Below, one piece after another: positions 9,853 to 19,973 of a stretch of DNA of 64,000 nt. How positions within the stretch are numbered: the stretch's first letter is position 1; every line of letters begins with the position of its first letter. The stretch comes from Naegleria gruberi. Taxonomy: Eukaryota. The notes beneath the pieces are model-generated. The model searched no databases and was not told the DNA's origin. It saw only the letters and a list, made by a program, of their open reading frames with translations. The stretch lies in the NCBI GenBank assembly GCA_000004985.1, contig GG738866.1; one strand, written 5' to 3'. Both the position numbers and the translations under genes were made by a program.

Positions 9853-10725
9853 CTATTGAGTAGTATCTTCACACAAAGTAAACTTTCCAATGGTTAATCT
9901 CTCATTGGAACGATCTTTAGAAATTATATCTCCCTTCCACACTAGCTCATTTAACATATTTTCTCCTTTTACATAAAGAGTACAGCAAACGTCATCATCC
10001 AAGTTATAATACCTCTCTTGGAGAGTTGCTCCTAACATTCCACTACCAATTTCAAATAAGAGTTTTCCCTTTTCAAATAACATTTCAATATCAATCTCTC
10101 CATTTGAATCCGATGCCTTAAGAATCAAACATTCTTTCATGTCATCTCTAATTGTCATCACTTGCTGGAGCTTATATGTATCAACATCCCCCTCCTTCAA
10201 TATTCTGAACATGTTACCAACTGAAATAATTGAGCTCTTTGAAAACTCTGTATCATTTCTCCTTATTAAAACAGTATTTGGGCTATCCAAGCACCTATCA
10301 TCCGAGTTGTAGTGTACATTCCCTTCCACATCTTTCACTAAATGTTGTTCCATATAAAAATTAAAATTCATAATCTTGTATGATCTAGGTTCCTTAAACT
10401 CTGCATAGTAATCCTTCACATCCACTCTCGAACCAACAGAAAATGAAACAGAATGTGTGAGTGGTAAACAACTCTCAGAAATCCAATCATTAGGAGAGTG
10501 ATACTCCAAAGTAAGTCGCATTCTTTTTCCTATCAAATCCCTACCACTAGCAAACATTAAACACTTCTCCTTCTCATATTTGAACCGATCTTTCAAAAAT
10601 CCTCTCAATCTACCATCAGCAGCATCAGCCGTGTGGTTATTTACAAAATCCAACAACTCACAAGTTACTAAGAACTCTTCAATTTTTTTTAAATCTTTTG
10701 GGTAATGAATAATATTCAAGTTCAT
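9853..10725 (-). CDS. Hypothetical protein, 290 aa.
   Basis: Complete ORF, convergent with the F-box/GTPase gene. The N-terminus (YPKDLKKIEEFLVTCELLDFV) is weakly F-box-like. No other motif recognised. Confidence 0.45.
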   Translation of the reverse strand: MNLNIIHYPKDLKKIEEFLVTCELLDFVNNHTADAADGRLRGFLKDRFKYEKEKCLMFASGRDLIGKRMRLTLEYHSPNDWISESCLPLTHSVSFSVGSRVDVKDYYAEFKEPRSYKIMNFNFYMEQHLVKDVEGNVHYNSDDRCLDSPNTVLIRRNDTEFSKSSIISVGNMFRILKEGDVDTYKLQQVMTIRDDMKECLILKASDSNGEIDIEMLFEKGKLLFEIGSGMLGATLQERYYNLDDDVCCTLYVKGENMLNELVWKGDIISKDRSNERLTIGKFTLCEDTTQ

Positions 10726-10966
10726 GATGTTTTACAGTGTGCGATTCAACACCTTTTCAAAGTTAAAAAAAAATATTCAATAGTTTTGTATTTTAAGAGA
10801 TGAACGGATTCTTCCAAGGAGGAACACCAAGGTGGTTGCCTGTTGGTTTTCAAGTTGTATGTTTTTTGAATGATAATGACGATGATGAATTTTAAATATC
10901 GGAATAATGATGATAAAATTGATGAAATACCGTTAATTGGATGTCATGAATATATAGCCACAACAA

Positions 10967-12134
10967 ATGATGACCAATCAACAACAATTTGTTAATCAAG
11001 CAACAATGGTTTATTATCGATATGATAAGGATAGAAATGGAGTTTTGAAGAAGAAGGAATTCAAGAAGGCTATGCAAGGTTTGTTTTTATATTTTGATAT
11101 CTTTGTTCCTAAAATGTGTCTTTTTCAAATTGTGGATGACAATGATGACGAATTTTCTCACTCTTGCATTTGTTCTACACCAATTAATTGCAATTACAAT
11201 TTTAGAAATGGGAGCTCATAAAGGTGAAACTAAGCATCTCTTCAAAATGGTTGATACTGATCACAATAAGGTCATCACTCTTAATGGTAAGTTTATTTAA
11301 CAACCGAGTGTAGGGTTTATTTACGCATGATGATTTTAGAATTTATTAATGGTATGTTTAAGCAATATTATGATTAGCTCATTAATTTTAGCATTCTTAT
11401 TCTTACAAAGTGGAGGTATGAGATATAAAGGAACTGGATATAGCGGAGCTTATGGAACTTTGGGATCAACAACCACAACCGTAACTTATACTGGAAAACC
11501 AGTGATGCAATCAGGAATGCAACCTCAAACAGGTTATGGTATGCCTCAAACAATGGCGGGCCAATATCCACCATCTCAACAATACCCTCCTCAACAAGGC
11601 TATCCACAACAAGGAATGACTAGCACTACCATGACAATGAATGGTCACCAATATCCACCTCAATATCCACCTCAATATCCACCACAACAAGGAATGCAAC
11701 CAGGTATGAATCCTCCAAGTTATCCACCACAACAAGGAATGCAACAACCTGGAATGTATAATCCTCAAACAAGTCAATATCCGCCTCAATCTGGAATGCA
11801 ACCACAACAAGGAATGTACGTTCCACAAACTGGTCAATATCCTCCACAACAACAAGGAATGCAACCAGGTATGAATCCTCCAAGTTATCCACAACAAGGA
11901 ATGTATACCCCTCAACAAGGAATGCAACCACAACAAGGCATGTATAATCCACAATCTGGCCAATACCCACCACAACAACAAGGAATGCCTCAACCTGGAA
12001 TGCAACCACAACAACAAGGAATGCAATATCCACAACAAGGCATGTACACTCCTCAAACTGGCCAATACCCACCACAACAACAAGGACAACAAGGAATGCA
12101 ATATCCACCTCAATATCCACCATCTCAACAATAA
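10967..12134 (+). CDS. EF-hand protein with a long Gln/Pro/Tyr/Gly/Met-rich C-terminal repeat domain. Three-exon model, about 311 aa.
   Basis: join(10967..11078,11206..11286,11392..12134). Exon 1 carries an EF-hand loop ([12 protein letters not shown]). Exon 2 carries a second, non-canonical loop ([12 protein letters not shown]). The phase-1 donors are GTTTGT at 11079 and GTAAGT at 11287, and the acceptors are TTTTAG at 11205 and TTTTAG at 11391, all keeping frame. The C-terminus is ~25 copies of YPPQQGMQP / GMYxPQTGQ units. Alternative: the EF-hand ORF ends at TAA 11300 and the repeat protein is a separate gene. Confidence 0.5.
11640..12120 (+). repeat. In-frame tandem coding repeat. Units of 27-45 nt encode (Y)PPQQGMQ(P)[13 protein letters not shown]-type motifs.
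   Basis: Recurrent near-identical nucleotide blocks (ccaccacaacaaggaatgcaacc..., caatatccacctcaatatcc...). This also generates long minus-strand shadow ORFs (11511..12131 and 11626..12123). Confidence 0.7.
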
Positions 12135-12256
12135 TTGTAATTTAAGGTTTTCGTCTGTGGTGTTAACACCAACAAAGAAAATAAAAAAAATTGTCCAAAA
12201 GTGAAATCTCTACACTGCATTAATTAGACAAAATGCTTAAACCGAAACTCAATCAA

Positions 12257-13738
12257 CTACAGACCAATTTTTATTGCGTCAATTCTTGGAACTTTTTCTC
12301 TCAAAATGTAGAGCTTGTTATTTTGGGCTGCTACGATTTGAGTGTCTTCATCAATACTTCCTTGATCCTCAATGTTGACTTGTTGGAATATTTTACCCTT
12401 TGATGTTTCAACAAGGAGAATGGATTGGTCACAAACCACAGAAACAAATCTAGAGTTGGTATCAACAACACTGATTTGAAGCGAACATTGTTGTGAGACA
12501 GCTCCTTCAGAATTGATATTCAAAGTCCAAGTTCTTTCAATATCTTCAGCCTTACTCTTGAGGCCAAAGAGTTGGTAATTGCTACTTTTTGTACGACACA
12601 AAATTACAAACTCATCACCAACAGTGGCAATTGCATTGGAACAAACTGATGCCTTATCTGTCAAACCAATTGAAAGGGAGGAACTAGTCAAATTATTCTT
12701 GTCAAAAGTTGTTGCAAACACCATGAATCCATCAAGAGTTCTAAACTGTGAGAGAGCAAGCATTCTTGTTTTGAGAGAACTGAGATGGTATGGAACGAGA
12801 GAGGCTCCAGAACGTGATTGAGTAACAACTATACCAGTTTCGAGTTCGAATTTAATCAAACCACCATAAATTGAAGCAAAAGCGTATGGGCTGTTGGAGT
12901 CTCTAATGAGTTGACCAAAATATCCTTGTTCACTTGGAATCATGAAATTAATTGTCTTGGTAATGGTATCGATGGAAATAATATTTCTACTGGTTGAGAG
13001 AACGATTGAAGATTCGCCATATCTTTCAAAGATTAATAAACCGTGCATGATATCCATCACACCATCTGATTCATACATTGTGGTCCATTTCCAACTTGGT
13101 GAAATCTTGATGAGAACATTACTTCCCTTAGTGATATTCTTTCTGACAAGGAAATAATTTCCCTTACTATCGACAACTGGAGTTGGCATTACTGTATCAT
13201 AATCATTTTCCTGCAATTCAGCTGGAAGCATGAATTGTGAAATGGTTGAGTAGGAACCATCTTCCAAATTGACAGCTCCCATCAAGGTCATTGTTGGATG
13301 AGCAGATGGTTCAAACTGATCAGATCCTTTCATAAATGGATGAAGCAATACCAGCAATTGCTTCCCCACACTGTCTAACACAAGGGAGGAGGTTTCTATG
13401 GCCGATAATGACCATTCTCTCAAAATTAATGAAAAACTATCATGACGATAGTCAAAGGTGGAAAATCTCGATTGAGAACTATTTAAATTGACTTGTGTCC
13501 AAGGTGCATTATTTACATTACTATTTGTCTGTACATTTTGTGGAGTGGTAGTGGTAGTGGCTTTAATCTTATTGATGGCTATCGAAAGTGATTGAATAGG
13601 TTGTATCGTCAGCAGGGTGTTGATGACTAATATTATTGCTAGCAAAATTAATTGTACGGCTTGTTTCTTCATCTTATTGTTTTTTTCAACTTGTCGGAAG
13701 GTTTTAATAAACAAGCCTTTTCTTCTTATATAAAACAA
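12257..13738 (-). CDS. Secreted hypothetical protein, 493 aa.
   Basis: N-terminal signal peptide (MKKQAVQLILLAIILVINTLLTIQPIQS). Remainder is beta-rich with no catalytic motif recognised. Single exon. Confidence 0.55.
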   Translation of the reverse strand: MFYIRRKGLFIKTFRQVEKNNKMKKQAVQLILLAIILVINTLLTIQPIQSLSIAINKIKATTTTTPQNVQTNSNVNNAPWTQVNLNSSQSRFSTFDYRHDSFSLILREWSLSAIETSSLVLDSVGKQLLVLLHPFMKGSDQFEPSAHPTMTLMGAVNLEDGSYSTISQFMLPAELQENDYDTVMPTPVVDSKGNYFLVRKNITKGSNVLIKISPSWKWTTMYESDGVMDIMHGLLIFERYGESSIVLSTSRNIISIDTITKTINFMIPSEQGYFGQLIRDSNSPYAFASIYGGLIKFELETGIVVTQSRSGASLVPYHLSSLKTRMLALSQFRTLDGFMVFATTFDKNNLTSSSLSIGLTDKASVCSNAIATVGDEFVILCRTKSSNYQLFGLKSKAEDIERTWTLNINSEGAVSQQCSLQISVVDTNSRFVSVVCDQSILLVETSKGKIFQQVNIEDQGSIDEDTQIVAAQNNKLYILREKVPRIDAIKIGL

Positions 13739-13881
13739 AGGCTTGTTCTCTCTCTGATGGTAGTTAGTACCTGGTGTCCATGGTCGATTATCCGAAGCTT
13801 AGGTAGCTACCGAAGAAAATAAGCAAGGAGATATCATCAAACAAGTACTAGTGGCTGCATTTTTTTTGGAAGTGTTTATTA

Positions 13882-13897
13882 TTTTGGCGCGCTTTCC
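13882..13897. promoter_or_regulatory. Candidate E2F-type site (TTTTGGCGCGCTTTCC), about 145 nt upstream of the start of the secreted-protein gene on the minus strand.
   Basis: Matches the E2F consensus TTTSGCGCS on the plus strand. It is the only CG-rich block in an otherwise AT-rich spacer. A perfect 10-nt palindrome GGTAGCTACC lies at 13802-13811. Confidence 0.3.
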
Positions 13898-14231
13898 AAT
13901 TTGGATGAATATAATTTATTTGAAAAAAGCCAAAGGATTAGGAAAATTGGCTATCAGCACACAATTAAGAGATGGCATTTCCACTTGAAAATTCATACAT
14001 GCAAATACTTCAAACAAATTTTACAAGAAGTTGTTGTAAAAATAAAAATTTAATCATCCCTTTCAATGAGAAGATTCCTTATTCTTTGAATTTCGTGCGG
14101 GGATGACTATTGATTTTCCAAAAATTTATTCAAGTGTTTACAATAAAGTCACTTGTCACGAAACCAAATGGAAATCTCTAAATGGAAATTAAAATAATTC
14201 TAAATGAATTTAATGTACAATTTTTTGTTAA

Positions 14232-17200
14232 TTACTTTTTCTTCTTTCTACTCTTTTGTTCTTCATCAATTTGTCTCTTTGAGGCCAATGTCTTTTTATC
14301 GGCATACTGTATAAGAATGTCAATTATTTCTGATTGCGAAATTTCGAGACAATTCTTTCCTTGTGAATTTCTCAAACTCATATCTGTGTTTGGAGCCAGA
14401 GATTTGACCAAATTCTTGAAATCGGCTCTGATGGCAGCAAAGATTGGAGTTTCATGGTTGTCGTCTAATAAGTTCAATACTTTCTTTTTGGAAGCAGCAG
14501 AAAGTTTGGAGAGTAATGAAACAATAAGAGAATGCTTGTATGAGTGCAATTCTCTCTTTTCCACTCGGAAATAAACTGGCAAGGAACTATCACACAATAA
14601 ATGCATAATTGTTTTGCCTGATTTCTTATCCATTCTCGACAAGAATTGAAGAATTTCCTTCTCTGTTGTCAACTTTTCTTGAATTTTTTTAAGGGGATAA
14701 CCTTTCAACGCACAAACCTCCAACATGCTTAATTGATAAGTAACAGGCTCCTGAACGCAACTGTACATTTTCCCAATATACTTGATGGTAGAAGGATTGC
14801 TTGTGTTCCCGTAGTTATTAAGAAATTCAGTCAATTCTCTATTTTCATCTCTATTCACAAGTTGTACGATACACTTTTGTTCCAACAAATCTGAATCAAT
14901 TAAATCCTCAACTGGCTCTAATTCTGAAAAGTCACCAAAAGGAGTAAAATTGAAAATATAGCCTGAAATCAATTTCTTATCATCTCCTACTAGATTTTTT
15001 TCTTTAAGCTTACGCTTCAAAGACTCTTCTAAAATGTGATATTGCAAGTTTGCAGAAGCCAGTTCATTGATAGTTGACTCGCATTCGTCTAATGGTTTAC
15101 CTAAATAATGTATAATTTTTTTAGCCACCCTGTAATGACCATATTTCACTGCTAACTTCCAAGAATTTAATTTGGTAATACTGCTCTCCTCCTCATATAA
15201 CTTCGAATTGACACAATACTCATTATAAATTCCATTCATTGCTTGAAGAGCATAGTAATTTATCATTCCTTCATTTTCGTCTGTATAATTCCCATAATCC
15301 ACTGACCCATTCACTATGTACCTCTTTCTTGTAATCAAGCCAAGATCAGCAATAGTTTGAGTTTCAATACCAAGCATTAAATATGTATGTACAGGAGTTA
15401 GATTAACTACTCCAAGTGTTTCAGAACTCATTGTAATCTCAATCTCAAGACACTTTTTTAAAACCTCCTTACTCTTGTTCAAAATAGAAAAATAATTAAT
15501 GGAGCGTGCAAAAGCATAATACAAAAGTAATTTGGCTCCATTGATGTATGGTTCCCCCTTTTTTAACTCGAAAAATTCTGATTTGAACGGAACATTGGAA
15601 AGGGCATATTCCAAATCACAACCCCGTTCAACAAGCAAACTACTTAGCCGCTCAGAATCAAGGAGAGATTTGCAGAGTAGAGTTTGCCCATTTGCATCTC
15701 TCGAATTTAACTCCTCTAATTTTAATGATGCAAGCAATGTACTACTCCACATACTGGAATTCACAACAAACAATGCTGGTATTTCATCATTATTCTTGTG
15801 GCTGATATCAACGCCCAAAGTTGTAATAGCATAATCAGTAAGTGTGCTTGGTGCACGTGACAAAATATGGAGCAGATTACCACCATTAGAGCTTCTAAAG
15901 TCTTTCAATTCTTTGCCATTTCTTTGATATATTTTGTTGAAAAACTTTAAAAATTCCATACTGTTATAAGAACCAAATTGTCTTAATCGTGAGGCCCAAT
16001 TTTCTATTGCATTTAATCCATTAGAATTTGTTTTTTCTAAAGTTTCCAATTCAATATTCTCGAAGAGTGACAAACTTCCAGCACTATAATCTGAGATATA
16101 ACTTAAAATAGATCCTTCTGAACAGGTATAATTAAGGTCCACTCCAAGGTCTATTAAAGATTTGACTATATCGAATGGAATTGGGGAATAACTGTATACA
16201 TTCGACTTGAATAAACAGTAAAGAAGATTCATGTTTGCAGCATTACCCTCTATTATTCCATTACTATTTCCCAAATTTAACAATGTAGGCTCTCTTTCTA
16301 AAGCCTTTTTAAGTAATGTTATTTTCCGATTATTCACCAGGCATGTCAACGGGTTATATGCGCCTTCGATTATTAGTGGTATTTCTTTGTTCTCTATAAC
16401 TAGATTCAACAGATGATCATTTCCATTTTGAAATATTCTATTTAACATGTAACGGTCCATTTTGTATCTCAAATGAGGTTCTAGATCAGTATTAGCAACA
16501 AATTTTTTGTAAAATTCGTCAAACAATAAATCACTACGCGCCAATTCTGATTCAAATTCTGATATCTGGACAGGAATGTCTTGAGCCTTTGCATATTCAA
16601 TTATTACATCATATAGATCGTCATTTTTCAACTCTACAAGCTTGAATGGGTGCAATAGATTCCAATTAATATTTTCCTCATAAACCAGCATATCCCAAAA
16701 CTCTAGCACATTATCATATTCAGTGATAGGGTTATCAGCCTTTACCTTTTTCAATCGTGTCAGAAGTTGTTCTGATGTATTATGATACTTCAAATTAATT
16801 GTTTCTAGAGAGCTCATGGGAGTTTCTTTCTTATTGTGCAATCCATTCAAGTAGTTAATTATTTTGTTCTTGTCTGTGCCAAAATAGATGTAACCATTTT
16901 CAGAAGTTCCATAAATATTGACAGTCTTTAGATCTGAAGAGTGTTTGTTATTCTTGTGACAGTCCACTAAAACATCCAAAAATTCAAAAAGCCCAGTTGC
17001 CAAAGCAACACATTCCAAATCAAAAAATTCAAATGTTTCAATCTTGTTAGGTTGTTGAAAAAAGGCCTCCCAACCACTTTGACAAACTCTCAACTTGGTA
17101 AAATTTGGAAAATAACTAGCCATCTGTTTCAACTTGGTACTTTTAAACTTTTCAATTTGATTCTTTTCTCTGGTCAACAAATCAAGAACTTTCACCTTTG

Positions 17201-17543
17201 GAAAGAACACCTTCTCCAACTTGTTCTTCCAAAATCTATTCGTTGCTCTCATATTCAACAAATCAGGATAAACCGGTACAAAATCCAAAATATATTGCAT
17301 CAAATCTTCATTCACCTCTTGTCCCCACAAATTAAAGTAAAATTCTTGATCTTGTTGCGAATCGTCGTTGATTTCCATCACCGTTGGAGCAACAACATCT
17401 TTACCACCTCTCTTAGAGGAGGTTGATTTTGTTTGTTTCCTCTTCTTTTGCACTTTGACATTATCACCCGATGATGATGTTGATGATTTTGATTTCTTCG
17501 AAGTCTTCTTGTCCTCTTCTGTTCTTGCGCGGCGTGGAGGCAT
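14232..17543 (-). CDS. Ankyrin-repeat protein, 1103 aa, with a basic Lys/Ser-rich N-terminus.
   Basis: Single 3.3-kb ORF. The N-terminus (MPPRRARTEEDKKTSKKSKSS...KKRKQTKS) is NLS-like. There are several ankyrin-like units (..NGNLLHILSRAPS..., ..DANGQTLLCKSLLDSERLSSLLVERGCDLEYA.., ..HETPIFAAIRADFKNLVKSL..) and an F-box-like LMQYILDFVPVYPDLLNM near the N-terminus. Confidence 0.65.
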   Translation of the reverse strand: MPPRRARTEEDKKTSKKSKSSTSSSGDNVKVQKKRKQTKSTSSKRGGKDVVAPTVMEINDDSQQDQEFYFNLWGQEVNEDLMQYILDFVPVYPDLLNMRATNRFWKNKLEKVFFPKVKVLDLLTREKNQIEKFKSTKLKQMASYFPNFTKLRVCQSGWEAFFQQPNKIETFEFFDLECVALATGLFEFLDVLVDCHKNNKHSSDLKTVNIYGTSENGYIYFGTDKNKIINYLNGLHNKKETPMSSLETINLKYHNTSEQLLTRLKKVKADNPITEYDNVLEFWDMLVYEENINWNLLHPFKLVELKNDDLYDVIIEYAKAQDIPVQISEFESELARSDLLFDEFYKKFVANTDLEPHLRYKMDRYMLNRIFQNGNDHLLNLVIENKEIPLIIEGAYNPLTCLVNNRKITLLKKALEREPTLLNLGNSNGIIEGNAANMNLLYCLFKSNVYSYSPIPFDIVKSLIDLGVDLNYTCSEGSILSYISDYSAGSLSLFENIELETLEKTNSNGLNAIENWASRLRQFGSYNSMEFLKFFNKIYQRNGKELKDFRSSNGGNLLHILSRAPSTLTDYAITTLGVDISHKNNDEIPALFVVNSSMWSSTLLASLKLEELNSRDANGQTLLCKSLLDSERLSSLLVERGCDLEYALSNVPFKSEFFELKKGEPYINGAKLLLYYAFARSINYFSILNKSKEVLKKCLEIEITMSSETLGVVNLTPVHTYLMLGIETQTIADLGLITRKRYIVNGSVDYGNYTDENEGMINYYALQAMNGIYNEYCVNSKLYEEESSITKLNSWKLAVKYGHYRVAKKIIHYLGKPLDECESTINELASANLQYHILEESLKRKLKEKNLVGDDKKLISGYIFNFTPFGDFSELEPVEDLIDSDLLEQKCIVQLVNRDENRELTEFLNNYGNTSNPSTIKYIGKMYSCVQEPVTYQLSMLEVCALKGYPLKKIQEKLTTEKEILQFLSRMDKKSGKTIMHLLCDSSLPVYFRVEKRELHSYKHSLIVSLLSKLSAASKKKVLNLLDDNHETPIFAAIRADFKNLVKSLAPNTDMSLRNSQGKNCLEISQSEIIDILIQYADKKTLASKRQIDEEQKSRKKKK

Positions 17544-17885
17544 TTTTTTTTATCTTTGTGGGGGGATAAGTGGAAATTGTAAACTATGAAATTATTAAGA
17601 TAGTATCAACAACTTGCAGGTAAAAATTGTAAAGTATTGAAATGAACAAAGGACTCTAACTATTAAGAATGTGAACATTCGGCTTGTACAAGTTGATTAA
17701 AATTTTATGTAGTGATATGAGAATGTCAAGTATAGTATTATATAGTATTATACAAAGAGTCTTTTTGTTGACTTGTGAAAAAATTTGTCGATTTGGGACT
17801 GTGAGATTTGTTATCTGAGGTTGTACTTTTGAAAAAATCTAATTTATTTGTGATGGTTTCAAATTCAATACTAGCCGTTACACAA

Positions 17886-17894
17886 TTTGGCGCC
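17886..17894. promoter_or_regulatory. Candidate E2F-type site (TTTGGCGCC), about 85 nt upstream of ATG 17977.
   Basis: Exact TTTSGCGCS match in the divergent spacer between the ankyrin gene and the S/T-P-rich protein gene. Confidence 0.3.
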
Positions 17895-17976
17895 ACTTCT
17901 TTTTAACTGCCAGTTATCAATTATAAATTCAAAAAAAAATAACTTTACTAGGCCACTCACACTTCCACTAGGAAAA

Positions 17977-19830
17977 ATGGTTAGATCCTTCTTTCAAAAA
18001 CTCTTTAGAACAGAATCTTCCTCGACAGCTTCCAATGTAACGCTGACATCAGCTCTTGGCCTGCCACCTGTCGAAGAAGAACCAAGACGTGCAACAATTA
18101 GTGCATCTACATCAAATCTGGATACTTCCTCACCTAACAAACGTAAAAGAACAGCTCTAGCTGATGATACTTTGCATGACATGTTAGAATCATATTCACC
18201 AAACTCACAAAAGAGAGCCACTACACCTGACAGATCAAAACAATTGAAATTAACACCACCTTCACAGAAAGGTAGTGTTGCTACACCTATATCTGATAAG
18301 ACACCAGTTAAAGGATTACATGCCAGAAGTCAATCATTAATCATGACACCTAAATCTGACATGAGCTCTCCAAGATTACCTTCTTCACCATTAACAAGTA
18401 ACAAGACAATCTCTTCCAGTTTTGATGTTTTCCCACAAGTATACAAAGGTTTGGAACCTTTTTGTATAGAAAATTCACTTCCAAAATTGGGAAAAAAATT
18501 CAATGAAATGATTTACAAACAAACTGAGAGTTGGGTTTCGAATACTAATGATGATGCTCAATTGAAAGAAGCATCTTCTAATATGAAATTTACTAGAGAT
18601 TTGTTAAGAATGTCACATAGTATGACAATTGATGCTTTTGAACCTGTCAGACAACAATCTGTCAGAAATAATAATCCAACAAGTGGAAAATTTAAAACTA
18701 TTCATAATTTTGCAACTATTGAGGATCCTACTCTAAGAATGATTGATATCATTAACACTGTTCATGACATGTTTGAAATGACAACTGGCATTGCCAAACC
18801 TTCCCATTTAGGTAAATTCTGCACACTTGCTTGTTATCAAGATTTGACCAATACATTCACCTCTTGCAACGTTCAACCTGAAGATTTGGTAAATGTTTTC
18901 AGAACTTTGTGCGTTAAGAGAAATGAAAATTCAATTCCACATCCAATGCTCAAGGTTTTGTCACTTGTCGATCAATCCATTGTGGTTGGTACACTTGGAC
19001 AAGTTGCTCAATGTATCATGACTTTGAAAAATTCTATTCAACAATTGCCTAATAAGGAGTCCACAATTACAATTGACCAATTTAAGGATATCAGAGGAAC
19101 TTGGAAAGTTTCATTCCGTGACTATGGACCAACCTCTAGTAATGGTGGTGGCTTAAGCGTTGTCCATCAACGTAGTGATTGTATGCTCACAAAGAATAAT
19201 CCAAAACTCTTCCCTGCATCTGTGTCCACACCTTCCAAAAATGGCATTCCTCAACCAAGACAAGAATTTGTTGAATTGTTCCATATTACATGGCAAGTAG
19301 AACTCTTCATGGATTCGAGAGAAACTCCAAAATACATCAAGGCAATTGAAGTTTCCTTGAAGGAAATTGATTGGACTTGTTCAGGAAGTCGATCATTGGA
19401 GAATTCAGTTTTTTCATTCTTGACTCCAGAGCAAAGATTTGAAGCTGAGAGAATTTGTAGATTATTCTTCTCTGTGAAGAATGAAATGAAACGTGCTACT
19501 GGTGGTATTATTGAAGATTCAAGTCGTTTCACTCAACCTGTAAAAGTCAGAGTTGATAATATTCAACCTTACATTCCACCAGTTGCTTTGACAAGTAGTA
19601 CTAGCTCTGCAAATTTAATGTCACCACGTAGAGGTTCTGTTGCTCATGATCGTTCAGTGAGTAATGATGAAAACATGTTGAGTCCAAGAAAAAGAGCTAC
19701 CGATTCCATTCGATTGGGTTATAATTGGTTCACTAAATTATTCTCATCCAATTCAAATTCTATTGAGGATGTTTTGGCTGAATATGTTCATCCAGCCAGT
19801 GCAAGTACCAGTAATTCTCTGAGTAAGTAA
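17977..19830 (+). CDS. Hypothetical protein with many S/T-P (CDK-consensus-like) sites in the N-terminal third, about 617 aa.
   Basis: The ORF track opens at 17887. The first ATG with good context is 17977 (MVRSFFQKLF). The N-terminus is rich in SP/TP motifs (TPDRSKQLKLTPPSQK, SPRLPSSPLTS, TPVKG). No known domain. An E2F-like TTTGGCGCC sits at 17886-17894, about 90 nt upstream. Confidence 0.5.
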   Translation: MVRSFFQKLFRTESSSTASNVTLTSALGLPPVEEEPRRATISASTSNLDTSSPNKRKRTALADDTLHDMLESYSPNSQKRATTPDRSKQLKLTPPSQKGSVATPISDKTPVKGLHARSQSLIMTPKSDMSSPRLPSSPLTSNKTISSSFDVFPQVYKGLEPFCIENSLPKLGKKFNEMIYKQTESWVSNTNDDAQLKEASSNMKFTRDLLRMSHSMTIDAFEPVRQQSVRNNNPTSGKFKTIHNFATIEDPTLRMIDIINTVHDMFEMTTGIAKPSHLGKFCTLACYQDLTNTFTSCNVQPEDLVNVFRTLCVKRNENSIPHPMLKVLSLVDQSIVVGTLGQVAQCIMTLKNSIQQLPNKESTITIDQFKDIRGTWKVSFRDYGPTSSNGGGLSVVHQRSDCMLTKNNPKLFPASVSTPSKNGIPQPRQEFVELFHITWQVELFMDSRETPKYIKAIEVSLKEIDWTCSGSRSLENSVFSFLTPEQRFEAERICRLFFSVKNEMKRATGGIIEDSSRFTQPVKVRVDNIQPYIPPVALTSSTSSANLMSPRRGSVAHDRSVSNDENMLSPRKRATDSIRLGYNWFTKLFSSNSNSIEDVLAEYVHPASASTSNSLSK

Positions 19831-19973
19831 ATTACTTGGTCTTGCAGTCATTCAAGAGAGTACAAATAAAATCATTTTGTAAATATCAAACAGATAATAA
19901 TCGATTGTTTTCTAGTCTTTTGAATATGTTTCAATTAATTTACAGGTTTTATTATTAACAGGGTGGAAAAGTT

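Noticed and set aside
11511-12131. Long minus-strand ORFs (206 and 165 aa) antisense to the Q/P-rich repeat. Similar antisense ORFs overlap the Ser-rich gene (23799..24122, 24144..24605).
   Set aside because: They are compositional shadows of tandem or low-complexity coding sequence on the other strand. They translate to Leu/Trp/Val-rich nonsense with no start context.
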